From: Takakia lepidozioides
Taxonomy: Eukaryota > Plantae > Bryophyta
Assembly (NCBI GenBank): GCA_030704615.1
Contig: CM060733.1
Span: forward strand, 64,170,001-64,234,000
DNA: 64,000 nt
Direction: 5' to 3'
Part shown: positions 50,500-62,999 of the stretch, piece after piece
How positions within the stretch are numbered: position 1 is the first letter of the stretch
How the letters are laid out: each line of letters opens with the position of its first letter
The notes under the pieces: generated by a model
What the model was told of the DNA's origin: nothing
Database searches by the model: none
Seen by the model: only the letters and a program-made list of their open reading frames with translations
Program-made: the position numbers and the translations under genes

Positions 50500-51660
50500 T
50501 CTCCTAAAACTGAAACTGGGATGCACATATCCATAAAGTTGTTCAATCGGATCTCGTAGTATAGAGGGCAGTAGAAGAAGAAGTGTTCTTCAGTTTCAAT
50601 TTCCTTGTTGCGCCCTATGCAAGCTGGACATAGGCGGTCCTCCCGTTGCAGGTTTTCCCATCTGCCAGTCTCTATCCGTAGGTTGTGGGAACCCACCCTG
50701 AACTGCCCCAATGCCCTCAGGAGGGAAGGAGCTAAGGGTGCTGAAAGGTAATTTGGTCTCAAGATTCTATCATCGCGGAGCACCAAGAATGTCTCTCGAT
50801 AGAAGTGGAGCTTTGTTGTGAGATTGGGTAGCATCCAAGTTCTCTTCACATGTAATTCCATAAGATCTCTCCGAATGAGTCTGTTGCGGTCGTGTGGATG
50901 TGATGTCCACCTCATCTGGGTTCATTGGTAATAGGAAAGTAGTAGAAAGTCCGTTACGTTGAAATAAACTGTCCACTCGAGCATACCAGGAGTTCCCGAA
51001 ACCTGCAGCTTTGAGCCTCATAGATGTTGTGAGGGCCCTTGCCACTAGCCCTTTGGGTGGAAGGGCCTGCAATCTACTCCTCACAGATTGTAAGCCTGAA
51101 CTGTGCCTCGGATTGCAATGGTACACATGCGAACTCTGCACCTAGGATCTGAGAGGGAGTTGTGCTCCTGGCGCCAAGCATTGCTTGGAGAAAAGATGAC
51201 CGTAATGGTTCCAAAATCTTTTCCCACCAGGAGACAGGGACACCAGGTGCCCAAAACTCACAACCATAGATGGTAGCAGGGCTGACGACGGTGTCAAACA
51301 GACACTTTTTGGTCGGGGGATGCCGCACATGTATTTGCTTGCATTTGGCGTGAAGGCGGACGGAGGCCGCCTTACCTTTAGTCAATCTGTCCAAGGCAGT
51401 GGCTGCAAAGTGAAACTTGGGGAGTGGATAACCAGACCTAGGTACCGGTATGATTTGACAATCTCAATTTCCTGCTGGTTGAAGATGAATCTACGATCAG
51501 CCTGGCCATTGAAGACCATGATCTTGGTCTTGCTAAGATTGACTTGCATCCCATAGTCTTTGCAGAACTGTTCCAAAATTTAGAGATGGCGTTGCAGAAA
51601 GACCGGGGATTGTGCCAAAAGGGCAACATCATCAGCGTAGAGGAGATGTGATTGGGCAGA
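50500..51660 (-). pseudogene. 5'-truncated LINE (RT C-terminal half and CCHC tail)
   Basis: HLLYADDVALL; VNLSKTKIMVF; YRYLG; IYGCEFW; FRVGSHNLRIETGRW; RLCPAC...ETEEHFFFYCPLY. Confidence 0.9.
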
Positions 51661-51664
51661 AAAT

Positions 51665-52834
51665 GAAGTTAGGTAGAAATGTGCAGTGGTAGCAATCAAC
51701 GACATAGGAGAGGGAGGAAGTGATCTTAAGTGGCAGTGGGGTAGCCAAGAGATCCCGGTCCTCCCTTCCTACACTTACCTAGGCGTTGAGTTTTCCTCCA
51801 ATTGTAATTGGGATGCACATATACGGAAAGTTGTTCAAACTGGCAAGGGCAAAGCTCTGGGGCTCACTAAATTTTTCCACTGCAGAGGGGTCATCTCTGA
51901 GGTTAAGAAAACCATGCTTTGTCGCGTTATTAGACCTGCCTTGGAGTACGGATCTGCTATATGGGTTGATAACTCCAACCAGGCTAAGTCTCTAGAATCC
52001 ATTCAAGTGGGGGTGCTTAAGGAGTCTATGTCAGCATGGAGAAAACAGCCAATGTGGCTGTTTGGGGGTGAGTTTGGCATCCCATCCTTAAGCTCCCGAC
52101 GAGATGAATTTAAGGTCAGATGGTGGGGTCAGCTGCAACATATGCCCAACACCAGATATCCTAAGTTGATCGACTCTAAATCTTGGAAACAGGACCGCCC
52201 TGTCAAACAGACTAAGTCATGGCAGAAGAGAGTAGAAAAGATTCTCAAGGACCTGGACCTGGATCCGCAAGTCTTGACCCTGCTGGATAAATCTGCCTTA
52301 GAGGCTGTAGTGTCTGAAGCCATGTCTATTGCCATGAGATTGTCTGATGAAAATGAAGTTAGGCAGAGAACTTCCCTGAACTCGTTTCTAGTCAGTGACA
52401 TGGGGGTGGACATCTTGGATGACCTGAAGGGTCCACCCACTCTCAGCACTAGACTGAAATTTAAACTCAGGGCAGGAAGCCTACCTTTGAACAACAAACA
52501 GAAGCAGATCGGAAAGGGAGAGTGCAATTGTCCGTTGTGTGGGCAATCTGAAGACAGTATTCATTTTTTGATACGCTGTCCGGGGTTCTCTCACCAAAGA
52601 GACGCTCTCTTCAATTCTATCAAGGGAATTGTGCCTGTTCCCCTGTTTACCAACTTTGAAAGACTCGAGGTTGAGCCAAAAGCCCAGGCCCTCCTGAGGC
52701 CTAGTTTCTGGGCAAATCACACACAGCAGATTGATGCTTGTGTGAAGGGATTTCTAGAGGATATCTGGAAAACCCGGATCAATGCTTTATACGAAGGTAA
52801 GTCTTACTACCAACGTCATAGGGTCATTGTCTGA
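51665..52834 (+). pseudogene. 5'-truncated LINE of a different family (RT thumb to CCHC tail)
   Basis: YTYLGV; IRPALEYGSAIW; KLRAGSLPLN; CPLCGQSEDSIHFLIRCP. 382-aa open frame. Confidence 0.9.
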
Positions 52835-53342
52835 CTCACTGCCCGGGGTGCTATCACCATACAGACCACCGGATATCCAAGCTATCAATTGAATTGTGTC
52901 TGCACCTGTGTTTACAAACATTGAGAGTCTTTAGGCCTTTTGGGGCTCCGATGTGGGCTCCGCCATACAGCCATTGTGTGAATAGATGTCCACTCCCTAT
53001 GTGCAAAACCCAGATGGATGTTCTGTTTCCTGGTAAGTGTGTATGATGGTACTGATGTGAACCCGCCCACATTATGTTTCTTCACCAATGAATGGCCTTA
53101 CATGTTATGAGGACATTCTGTCCCTCTCCTTTTCAGTTTTTGGCACTTGCGCTGCAGGGGAGTGGGTTTGAGGTCAGCCAATCCATAGTTGTGGTTGTGG
53201 GATTGTTTGTGCTCTGGTGACGTTGTGTTCAGTAGGACTACAGCTGATGCACCTTGTGTGTGGGATGTTTTTGGCAGCAAAAGGGGAGTGAAGCTGCAGC
53301 AAAGCACTCACAACCACCACACAATGCCAACCAACACCAACC

Positions 53343-54090
53343 TTGGCACCCACCCCCTGCCGCATGGTCTCCACAACAGAGTGCACCATGGGGAGCCCCC
53401 CTGCTTCGGGGTCGTGGCGCTGGCTTCCTGATGCTGGCACGTCACAATGGGGGCCTCCCACATCTCCATATGGCCCTCCCCCCTCCGGCACACATCAGTC
53501 ACCCCCCACAACGTATGACGGCGCTGCTCCAGAGCATGGGGGCAGGAAACGGACATCAGAGCTGAGGAAGGAACGACGCCATGCCATGAAACAATGGGAA
53601 GGAGATGGAGAGGGAAGGGTGGCTGCAGGGCTAAAGCGCCACAAGGTGGAGGTGCATGGAAATGGAGTCATCAATGTTGGCTGCGAAGGTAAGGAACACT
53701 CGCAGCGTGATTTGTGTGGCCTGGCATTGCGTTACCTTGACTCAAGCGTACAAGACATTGACCAGCAGTCCCAAGTGCCATGTCAACAGTAATAGAGGGC
53801 ATAAATGGAATGTACGAGTACAGACCTATCCCTGCCAATTGTGATTTTATAGTGAAGCAATGTGGGAAGATAATGAAAGGAGAAAGAGAAAAACTGAAAG
53901 ATAAATGGGCAAAGACTGGTGTGAGGCCAATGAACACTGAACCCGCCTATTGGGATAAGCTTGTTGCCTACTGGGAGTCCCCTCGTGGACTTGCAAAGGC
54001 TAAAGGGATGAAGCAAGCGCGTGCTTGTGTCACGAACCCCTCGCGTTGGGGCCAGGCAGGAGTTGCAGGCCAAGCAGCCCGTTTGGTAAT
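53343..54090 (+). pseudogene. CACTA ORF2 Ptta/En-Spm-like exon (first exon probably ~50155-50454)
   Basis: LALRYLD...; WDKLVAYWESP...KAKGMKQARACVTNPSRWGQAG. One frameshift near 53785. Confidence 0.65.
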
Positions 54091-54565
54091 CTCCTCACCC
54101 CCTTCTCATTGCTCCTACGTTGTGGCATGTTCTGATGGAAGAGACACCCACGAGTGGGTTTTATTGCTTGTGCAGAATTAGTTGTTATGTGATATGCAGG
54201 GCAGTGCTTTGTCCATATGCTCCTGGCATTTTGTACTGACAGTGTGGGGATGGGCAAATACAGAAAAGACGCAAAGCGCGGAGCCCGTCACTGTCCGAGC
54301 TCGGGGCGGAGCAAAAGAACTATGCGACTGGCACCCCATCAGAGTCTGTTTTGAGCCAGGTATGTTTTGAAGTCCGGTTTCCATTCATGAATCTGTTGTT
54401 GTACTAAGATTTGGTGGGTATGTGGGGTCCCCACGCATGGTACATGAGGGGTGTTATGCCAAACCCAGCCATCTCGGAATGCCTGAAATCCTGCACATTC
54501 GGCCTCTTCTTCTGGTTTTTAACAGTTTGGGTGGGTGTTTGTATGCGTAGGGAGCGGGGAACTCA

Positions 54566-55723
54566 ATGGCAGCCCGCATCGGGGCCCTGGAGAGGCTTGC
54601 GGCTCTCTCTGCGAAGCGGGAGAGGGGAATGGAAGCACAACTGAAGAAGATAGTGGAACTCATGATGAGGCAAAAAAGGGGTGTGACGGGTGGCATTATG
54701 GAAGACCCCCCTGCTGCGACCATTGTACCTGAGAAGGAGGAAGTAATTGTAGTGGGTAGGGATGTGACAGAGGTCCAGCCTGTTGTTGATGATATTCACA
54801 GTGGGGGGCAGGGTCCACTCGTTGAAGAGGGAGAGGTCCAGCGAGTTGGTGGGGATGACATGGACGATGGGGGGGTCATTGCTCATTCTATCAAGGGAAA
54901 AGGGGAAGCTGTAGGGGGAGAGGGTGGTAGTTTGCCTGGTCCAGGTTGCAGGGGGACCGAAACTTTGCCCTCCGGGGTGACTATTGTCTCCCAACCCACT
55001 GAGGTGAGACCCCGTGACACCCCTTCAAAAGCTCCTTTCATAGAAAAGTCGAAACTAATTGTTCTAGACCTGAACGGGATCCTGTGCCACTCTATTCCTA
55101 ACTTTCAGCCCAACCCGAGGCGTCATTGGCCATGGGTGTTGACCACCAACAAGTATGTTTTCCCAAGGCCCCAGGTCTGCGAGTTTTTAAACCTTCTCTT
55201 CCGGCATTTCTACGTTGGGATATGGTCCTGTGCTTCCAAGGGGAATGTTGCAGACATCTTCAAAGTGGTGATGCAGGGGGTCAAGGGTTCTCCCCTCTTT
55301 GTGTGGTCACAAGAGGAGTGTGACCCCTTGACAGAGCCACACCCCACAAAAGGGCCTGCCGTACAGAACTTACAGAAGAGACTGTCGAGGGTGTGGTCGG
55401 AATTTTCTGGATTTAACGAATCCAACACCCTCCTAGTGGATGATTCACCACACAAGGGGAGGGGGAACTCCCCTTTGAACATGGTCCATCCATTGTCGTT
55501 TGATGTCACTGGCAATGTCAGTGAGGGGCCCGATTCAGAGTACCTTTTAGAAACAGTCTGGCCCTACTGCCAAGATTTGTTTTGCTCCAAGGATGTGCGT
55601 GTCTTCACAAGCACGCGGAAGCTGACCCCGACTGGCGGCTTGAATGTGGGAGAGGATGGGGTCGTTGGGGGAAGTACTTCTGCGCCCATGCAGGTGAAAC
55701 TAACCTTACTGTTTGCAACATGA
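54566..55723 (+). CDS. FCP1/NIF (HAD-fold, CTD-phosphatase-like) domain exon inside CACTA
   Basis: LIVLDLNGIL; FPRPQVCEFL...VGIWSCA; FVWSQEEC; KRLSRVW; NTLLVDDSPHK...N.P.N. 385 aa uninterrupted. Confidence 0.85.
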   Translation: MAARIGALERLAALSAKRERGMEAQLKKIVELMMRQKRGVTGGIMEDPPAATIVPEKEEVIVVGRDVTEVQPVVDDIHSGGQGPLVEEGEVQRVGGDDMDDGGVIAHSIKGKGEAVGGEGGSLPGPGCRGTETLPSGVTIVSQPTEVRPRDTPSKAPFIEKSKLIVLDLNGILCHSIPNFQPNPRRHWPWVLTTNKYVFPRPQVCEFLNLLFRHFYVGIWSCASKGNVADIFKVVMQGVKGSPLFVWSQEECDPLTEPHPTKGPAVQNLQKRLSRVWSEFSGFNESNTLLVDDSPHKGRGNSPLNMVHPLSFDVTGNVSEGPDSEYLLETVWPYCQDLFCSKDVRVFTSTRKLTPTGGLNVGEDGVVGGSTSAPMQVKLTLLFAT

Positions 55724-56469
55724 CATCGAACCCAAAAGATATGTTTGTTTTGTCCCCCCGGATGCCCTCTCACGCAAGGCTGGCACTATATGTTTTGCAG
55801 GGACCACATGTACAGGGAGTGGCAGTGGGGTCGTCTGTGAAGAAGGTGGGTCCTGCGCCAAGGACCATAGTGCTATGGCGGCAGCATTCCGGATTTCCCC
55901 CCCGGCATGAGGAGGCAGGCTCCAAGGTATGGTTGTTCCCAGCCCCTCTCCGCAAACTTACTTGGTTGGTTTCCTTTATGGATACACTTCCTGAAGCGTT
56001 GCAATGTGTATTCATTGCAGGTGAGCAAGAGGAGTGGGCTGTCCCCGGCACCATCATCGCAGCAGGACGTGGTTCCCCAGGCATGCATTCATGGCTCCTT
56101 GCTTTGCCTGGCTGGTTTTTAGTAGGGTTATTTTTGCCAGGAGGTTGTAGTGTGCACGGTCTGAGCAGGGTGTAAGTTAGCTTGCTCCGTGGAGGTGTGT
56201 TTATACCATTGCAACCACCAGAGTTCATGTTATTCTTATCCGTCTGACTAAACCTCTTTTTGCTGCTGCAGTTGAAGACACGTGGGCAGCTTTCCTCAGT
56301 TGCCACCCTCAGCGACGAGCTTCGCTTCAAGGTAGGTTGGTACACCATGAATTTGCTGCTGATTCAGTATTGTGGCAACCAAGATCGTTTCCATGCCCAG
56401 CTGCGCTTGACTTTCACCCTGTCATTGCTATGTTTGTTGCTGAGTGGACCCTGATGTTGGTGTTTGCAG

Positions 56470-56751
56470 ATATCAGATCCTGTGTTTCTCCTGAACCCCC
56501 TAGACAAGCGGTCAAAGACAGCCGCCGCCAAGGCGGAAGTGGTGGGAATAGCCGGGGTTGACAAGTTCCACTGCAAGGACATTCCATCCGGGTGGTACAA
56601 GGTGAAAGTCCACGAGATCATGCTTCCAAGTGTTACACTGCCTTGCCCAAATGTGGACGATGCCTCCCCCCAGACCACACTAGCGCACGTGAAAGGCACG
56701 GTGACTCTATGGCCAGAGAAGAGTATGAGGAGGGGTGAAGGTATCAAGTGA
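56470..56751 (+). CDS. CACTA ORF2 C-terminal (DUF8039-like) exon
   Basis: FHCKDIPSGWYKVKV...LPCPN......TLAHVKGTVTLWP, after a TGCAG acceptor. Confidence 0.65.
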   Translation: MSDPVFLLNPLDKRSKTAAAKAEVVGIAGVDKFHCKDIPSGWYKVKVHEIMLPSVTLPCPNVDDASPQTTLAHVKGTVTLWPEKSMRRGEGIK

Positions 56752-59475
56752 CATTTCATGTTTGTAGTCCCTGTTGGGTGTGTAATGATACTCATAGAAG
56801 TGTGTATGATACTCACGTTACCAGTTTTGTACATTTGGGCCATGACAGTTTAAGTGATGTCCGGCAACCATGTATGTTGGCATTTAGTCTTGCTCATATG
56901 CAGATGTGCCGTGACGGTCTCCAATTTGAATGCAATATTCCATTTCCTGACTTGTCGTCGTGTCCGTCCACCTTCTATGTGTATGTGTGATGGTCTTTGG
57001 TCTCCCTGTTGCCTCATCTATTTGGTTCATTAGCGTGATATTGTGCATGCATCGTGGTCTGTGTTCTGAGTGTCGCCCAGTATCATTGCTTCTCAATTCC
57101 CCCTGCATATGGGTGAACCACTAAAACCAGTAGAATGCATCAGAACCATATTTTCAGCTTAGAATGCAAGTCAGTTGGACAACTCACACAAACCACTACA
57201 AGTGCTCATTTGCAGTGCTTTCCTACTGTAGTGCAACCAACTAGCATAGTGGCAGCGGAGTTGGCCAAAGCAGTCCCGAGATGGCACAAGCACTCTGCGT
57301 CTTTCCACTAGCAGTCGTACCCCTCACTGCCATTGCGTGGGGACGACGCCACGCGTCGACCCACACACTCTCCACGTGGTCCCCGTGGATCCGTCTGCCG
57401 GCAGTTGTGCAGTCGACTTCGCCAGTGGCTGTTGCCACGTGACATGCAGCACTCCAAGTTATGTGGCCGACTGCGATGTGGCGTCTTGAGCCCGTGGCCA
57501 CGCGGCGGCATTACCGCTCGTCGCGGTGCCGCCACATCGGCATCCACGTCCGCGTCCATGTGTCACCGCGCCCCGGGTGAGTCAGTCCACTCATCCGGAG
57601 GGAAAAGTCAAAGTCAGCTCAAAACATCAGACACACGGGCGGCCCGCCTGGTTACGCCACGTGGTTCTTCAGCATTAATCGCATTAATCGCTGAGCAGTT
57701 GTTCGCGCGTCTACGTCCTTTACCACTCCAATCATTGGATGTCCAACCCAACTACCACGTCTGTTGTAACTGGTCTGTTGTAACTTCCAGTCGATCCCTG
57801 TTTTTTGACTTTTACGACTCAAAATGAGTCGTTACCCCAGTGGTAAATGACATGAATGCTTCTAGTGACACCAGGGGAATGTTCAGAATGACATCAGGTA
57901 CAATTCCAGCTTTGATGATGTCACCATGAACCTCTTGGCCCCTTCCATGCATCAGGCTTGCTGCACCCACATTTGGCATACATGTCCACTAGGGCAATGG
58001 TCATAATGACAACTAGTACAATTTCAGCTTTGACAATGGCACATGGCCAAGAGATATCCCAATATCCCGCTACCAATGGGTTCAATGCATACTCTTGTCA
58101 CATTGGCAGTATCATGTCAAAGTCACTCCAACTAGATTCACTCAACCAACTAACTTGCAGAATTCAACATGAAAATTTAGGGCCGATTCTGAAAAGAGGG
58201 GAAAATAGGGTGAAATTTGTTTCAGAAGGTGCCTTCATTAGTAGTGCTTGATTTTATCAATTGTGCCGCTGCTGCTGCGGCTTCCAATTGACCATCTACC
58301 CATGCAGGTTTCTTGTATCTATCCTTCCACAGGGAATCATAGATAATCTGGAGCTTGAAATCTGGCCCTCTTCCGCACTCTATCCCTGCTCCTTCAGCGA
58401 GGATTTGATTGACTATGAACCCAAGAGGACCTCTTCAGTGTGCTGCTTGTTTCTGTAGTCAGGTAATGTCGGATTGGTCTGTGAGAACCACCACGGTGCA
58501 GCTGAGCGGATAGAGATTGAAACACGGCCTGCTAAGACCAAGCTGACTCTCCCAAGAACGGCGAGCTCCCAGCCAAAACCTCCTCGAACACATACCCTAG
58601 CGTTTCTAGGGTTGCTTGCTTCAGATGCGAAGGTTGCTCCAACTGCGGCCTCCCATGCATGTTTGCCTTCCCTCCCGCTCGTTCGCTCTAAGTCCCAGCC
58701 CTCTCTCTCTATCTCCCTCCCTCCCGCTCACTCTAATTCTATTCATGGCTACCGTGATGGGCAATTTTTTAAGTTTTTTAACCTTCTTGCAAACCCTATA
58801 AGCAATTTTTTGATTTTTTTGATTTTTTTTTCAAAAGAAGCCTCAGGCCCTTGAGGAGGGGGAAAAATTAATCCCCTTTCATTTGGGCCATGAGACCTAC
58901 AGGACGATCAATGCCCAAACATATCGTCACGAACAATCCCACACACGGGGTAGGGCAGCGGGTTTGAACCCCGAACCACCGGGGCGACACACTGTGCACC
59001 TCCAGCCGATGTGTTTTTTTCAAATCTTTTGCACTTTGATTTTTAAGAAAAAAAATCATTCTAGTGGTTATAGTCTCCGACATTTTTTCAAATATAAATA
59101 CTGATGTATTATATATATAACCAGAAAAGCATGTGTCGACACGTGCAGTCATGTAGTGATTCATCCATGTGATGATCTGGCAAAATGCATTAGAGTGAGA
59201 GTCATGAAGTCATATGTCCGTCTAGCAATTTGCACACGTCATTCCAGTGTAGGCATGACCGTGACTGATAGTCATATTTGCCATGCCAATATTCGTGGTC
59301 AAACATGTTTGATCTGTGTTGCGCAGAGTCCGGAGTCATGCAATCGCATATACGCCTTCCCCGGACCTACGTTATGACTTCAAAAGGCATCTACGACTTC
59401 AAATGGCATTTCTGCCACAAATCTGTCATGACTGCGCAGCCATGGGAGTCATAAAAGCGGCAATATGTTGTAGTG

Positions 59476-59900
59476 CCAGTTTGAAGCCAAATGTTCTGGG
59501 AAATCTACCATCTTCCATCATGAACATTACCAGCATCGGAAATTCCACCTCCATCTCCAGCTCTATGTCGCCACATCTGCATATTTGAGCTCGACGACCT
59601 CTGCACCAATCTTGTAGTGGAACCGGAACTTATGGTCCGGAGGTGTTCCAACGGGTACAATGCCCCATTCTGTGATCTCCAGGTTCAGCTCAAAAATTGC
59701 CAGGTGATCATTCTTGAAATTCGGAGATTTTCGAGAAACAAATGAACCACAGATAGGTTTGCACATTCCAACAATACAATCCCTGGGGGTGATGTTGCTG
59801 TCCACAGAACAAACCACCTCTGTCGTCAGACACATATCATAACAACCATACAAAACTCCCATGACAGTAACCTCCACTGTCCAATGGAGGTTTACCACTT
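59476..59900 (-). pseudogene. Upstream part of the frame interrupted by the Pack-CACTA (unknown protein)
   Basis: The frame continues across the empty site into 45786-45440. Confidence 0.5.
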
Positions 59901-59977
59901 CACACGCTCATAGCTGACATATTAAAGAATTCAATTGAGGAAGAAAAAAATATTTCACTCATAAGAAGAAGAAACAT

Positions 59978-60256
59978 TTATTCAGAGAAGGCTCGTCTCG
60001 CCATTCCATACATCATAGGGGTATATGTCAAAGAATCTCCGGAGATGTATTCTGGAGAATCTCCAGGGACGTACTGAGGAGAATCTGCAGGGACATATTC
60101 TGGAGAATCAGCGGGGACATATTCTGGAGAAATTACAAGGACAGATACTGGATACTGAGGAGAGTCAGGATTGTATCCGGGAGAGGACGGAAGGCCGGAT
60201 CCCGGGGACTGTTCACTATCTCCTACAGAAATGTCATTATCTGAATCAGATTGCAC
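59978..60256 (-). repeat. Coding-like 24-bp tandem repeat giving Y-x-P-x(x)-S-P repeats
   Basis: PSSPGYNPDSPQY...SPEYVPADSPEYVPADSPQYVPGDSPEYISGDS. Confidence 0.6.
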
Positions 60257-62999
60257 TCATCACTTTCATCTTTCTCTTCCTCTGTTTCCTCCGTTGTCTC
60301 CCGTCGAATAACTCCCTCGAACATTGATTCGTCAGTGCCCGGATTTATGAAGGTTCGCACGTCAGAGCCCACATCTGATATTTGATTCTCAGATCTCTTC
60401 TTGAAGGTTTTTGTTTTTGATACAACCAGTGATGCGTCTTGGTTTTCTGCTTCGATGATGTTTACTGGATTCTTCTCCTTGGCCTCTTACAGATGTCGAC
60501 GACGGTGTCAGAACCATCTTTGGCCGCCGTGTGCACTCCTACGCACCTTCTTTTTATACTGACAGAACAAAAAATCAACGCAGGGGAGGCACCGACATAA
60601 GTCTATCTCAAAACATCCTTATGTTGTGCCTTGGCATAGTAACACGCAGGAACCTCCACTGGGTAGGCGAGGTTCGTGTGGTTTGTCCTGCCAGGGTTTA
60701 TGGAGGTCTACTAGAGGTCTAGTGGTCTACGGAGACTAGTCTACTATAGTAGCCTAGGCCCGAAGAAAAACCCGTTTTCAAATATCAGAAATTCGAAAAA
60801 CCAATCGCAAAAAACCATGATCCTAACCCGCCATAACCCTAATAATCCAGCAGCACAAGTAAACCAGGACCACAAACCACCCATACCAACCACCATACAA
60901 ACCACCATACAAACCACCAGAAGAGAAGCAGCAATGTATTGAAACACCTATACAGCTTTAATCAATTCAAACAAATTGACCAATGAATTGAAATGAGATG
61001 CTCCGCATCAAACAAGACAGCACACTCACGAAATGTGACATGCAAGAAACAAATGGTGCTCTATAACCTCTGGAACGAAAGCGAGTGAGGAAACAGAAGC
61101 AAACCAACAGCGACGTGGGCGATGCTGACCAACAAAAGCAACAGCAAAACAAAAAGAAAAGCAAATCAACAAACAGAACAAACTGAAACAACATAACAAC
61201 ATCAAACCAACATATCAAAACAAGCCAGAGCGAGCAAGAGAGAATGACATCAAACCAGATAGAAATTGTAAATGAGAACATTACCCGCTGGATGCCTGAG
61301 CCATTTCAGTGCCCTTGTTGCTGACCTGAAACGCCTGACCCTTAAGCTTCCACCGCTCCGCTCCGCTCTTCCTTACGCTCTGCTTCCCTCCCGTCTCATG
61401 TCTGCACTTGAATCCTATGTCTGCTTGCTTTCCTCCACTGCACTCTCACGCTGCACTGAACTGCACGCTCTCTTTTCTCTGCTCTCACGGCACCCTGCAC
61501 AACACGCTCTCTGCTATTCACGCTCTCCCCTCTTCAAAACTTTTTTTTTTTCTAGCGCTAGTCGGTCTTAGCACTTCCGCAGCGCTCCCGCGTAGCCAAT
61601 GGAGTGCCGAAAGGGTGGGCTGAACGGTCGCCCGTGTTCCATCCAACATCCATGCAAACATCATTCAATTCATCCTTTCCATTCTGTCCATCCATTTTAC
61701 GAATGATTAGATGAAATGAAAAAACAGATGAATGAACGAGAAAATATGACGTTAATGATCCCTTGCACAAGATCATCAATTATAACCCCGCAGGATATTT
61801 CCCACACCCCACACATGACGATAAATGAAATGTACAAGTCAGATCCTCCTGCGGCATTTTGCCGCTTGGAATTATTGCTCCTGACCATGTCTACATTCGG
61901 CGGATTAAGGCTTGGAATATTTCCTCTGTCACTCCATTACGCCCGCCGCATTCTCGGCCGAGCTGCACGATTTCATGAAACGCTTATCAACGGCGTCAGG
62001 CCTTGATCCACTTGGACAGCATTGAATGCAAAATACGTACTGCTTTATAAGCACGAGTACGAAACCATTAAACCACCGTTATCGGACGTTATCGTTCTGG
62101 CATCATAATTGTTATATAGGGTTCCGAAATCGGTCAAAGAGTGCACTCCTGCACCATCCAGAACCATTCAATTGTGGCCATATCGGATATTAACAACGCC
62201 GGAAATCGATCCGCGAGACAATGTATCGCACTATCCCATTGGAGGAGTTCCAGCGGGCAACCTGGTTTCCACCTCTATATAAGGTCTGAGTGCAAACTGT
62301 TCAAACTTCTATCTCCATACCTCTCACTTGCAGATTGTGTTTCCCGCACCTCTCTGGTCATCTCCCACCTCACTGCCCATAGTGCACCTCTCTGAGCATC
62401 CTGTACCTCTGTGGCCATCGTAGATGTACCTCTCTGAATTTCCATAATCTCTCGTGTGAACTGCATTTTCTCCCGTAGAAAATGTTATGACATCTGTGTG
62501 TTTTCGATAATCTACAGGAAAATCTAGTTATTTCTCATCTGCATGTTTAGAAATTACAGTCCAATACTCACCTTTCGCTATTTTTGTCCATCTCTCCAAT
62601 TTCTGTATTTCGTCATCCCTCAAGTCGTGGACCTCCACTGGACAGTCGCGTCAATGCTCACATTCAGCCGTCATTACAATTATTCATCCACGTAACCATA
62701 TTCATCCACTAGTATTCATCCGTCCGACTTTTTTCATCTGCATCTCATCCAACCTCCATTGTACAGTGGAGGTTATATAATTAGACTCAATCTTCACATG
62801 ACATGTTCCAGAACAAACAATAATTCCAATTCTATTCTACTTCTCTAAAATATTCATACGCGAGTGTATTTCCTTTTATTGTATTGATTCATCTCTAAAT
62901 ATAGTCGTAACTCATACTGCTTATTACTGTGAGTAAGGTCGTCACGGAGGGGTTTTCAGTTTCTTGAACCTCGCGTGTGCAGTGGAGGTTCCGGTGATC

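Larger units (their letters stand above)
48190..57867 (+). mobile_element. Nested CACTA element (no TnpD transposase seen)
   Basis: 19-bp TIR CACTAGAAGCATTCRTGTC at both ends with 3-bp TSD ACA. Flanks rejoin a PPR-derived unit. Confidence 0.95.
45787..59475. mobile_element. Pack-CACTA non-autonomous element carrying PPR/PDF gene fragments
   Basis: TIRs CACTACAACAAATTGC / GCAATATGTTGTAGTG with 3-bp TSD CCA on both sides. Removing it rejoins the minus-strand frame FPRTFGFKL|EVRILRK. Confidence 0.93.
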
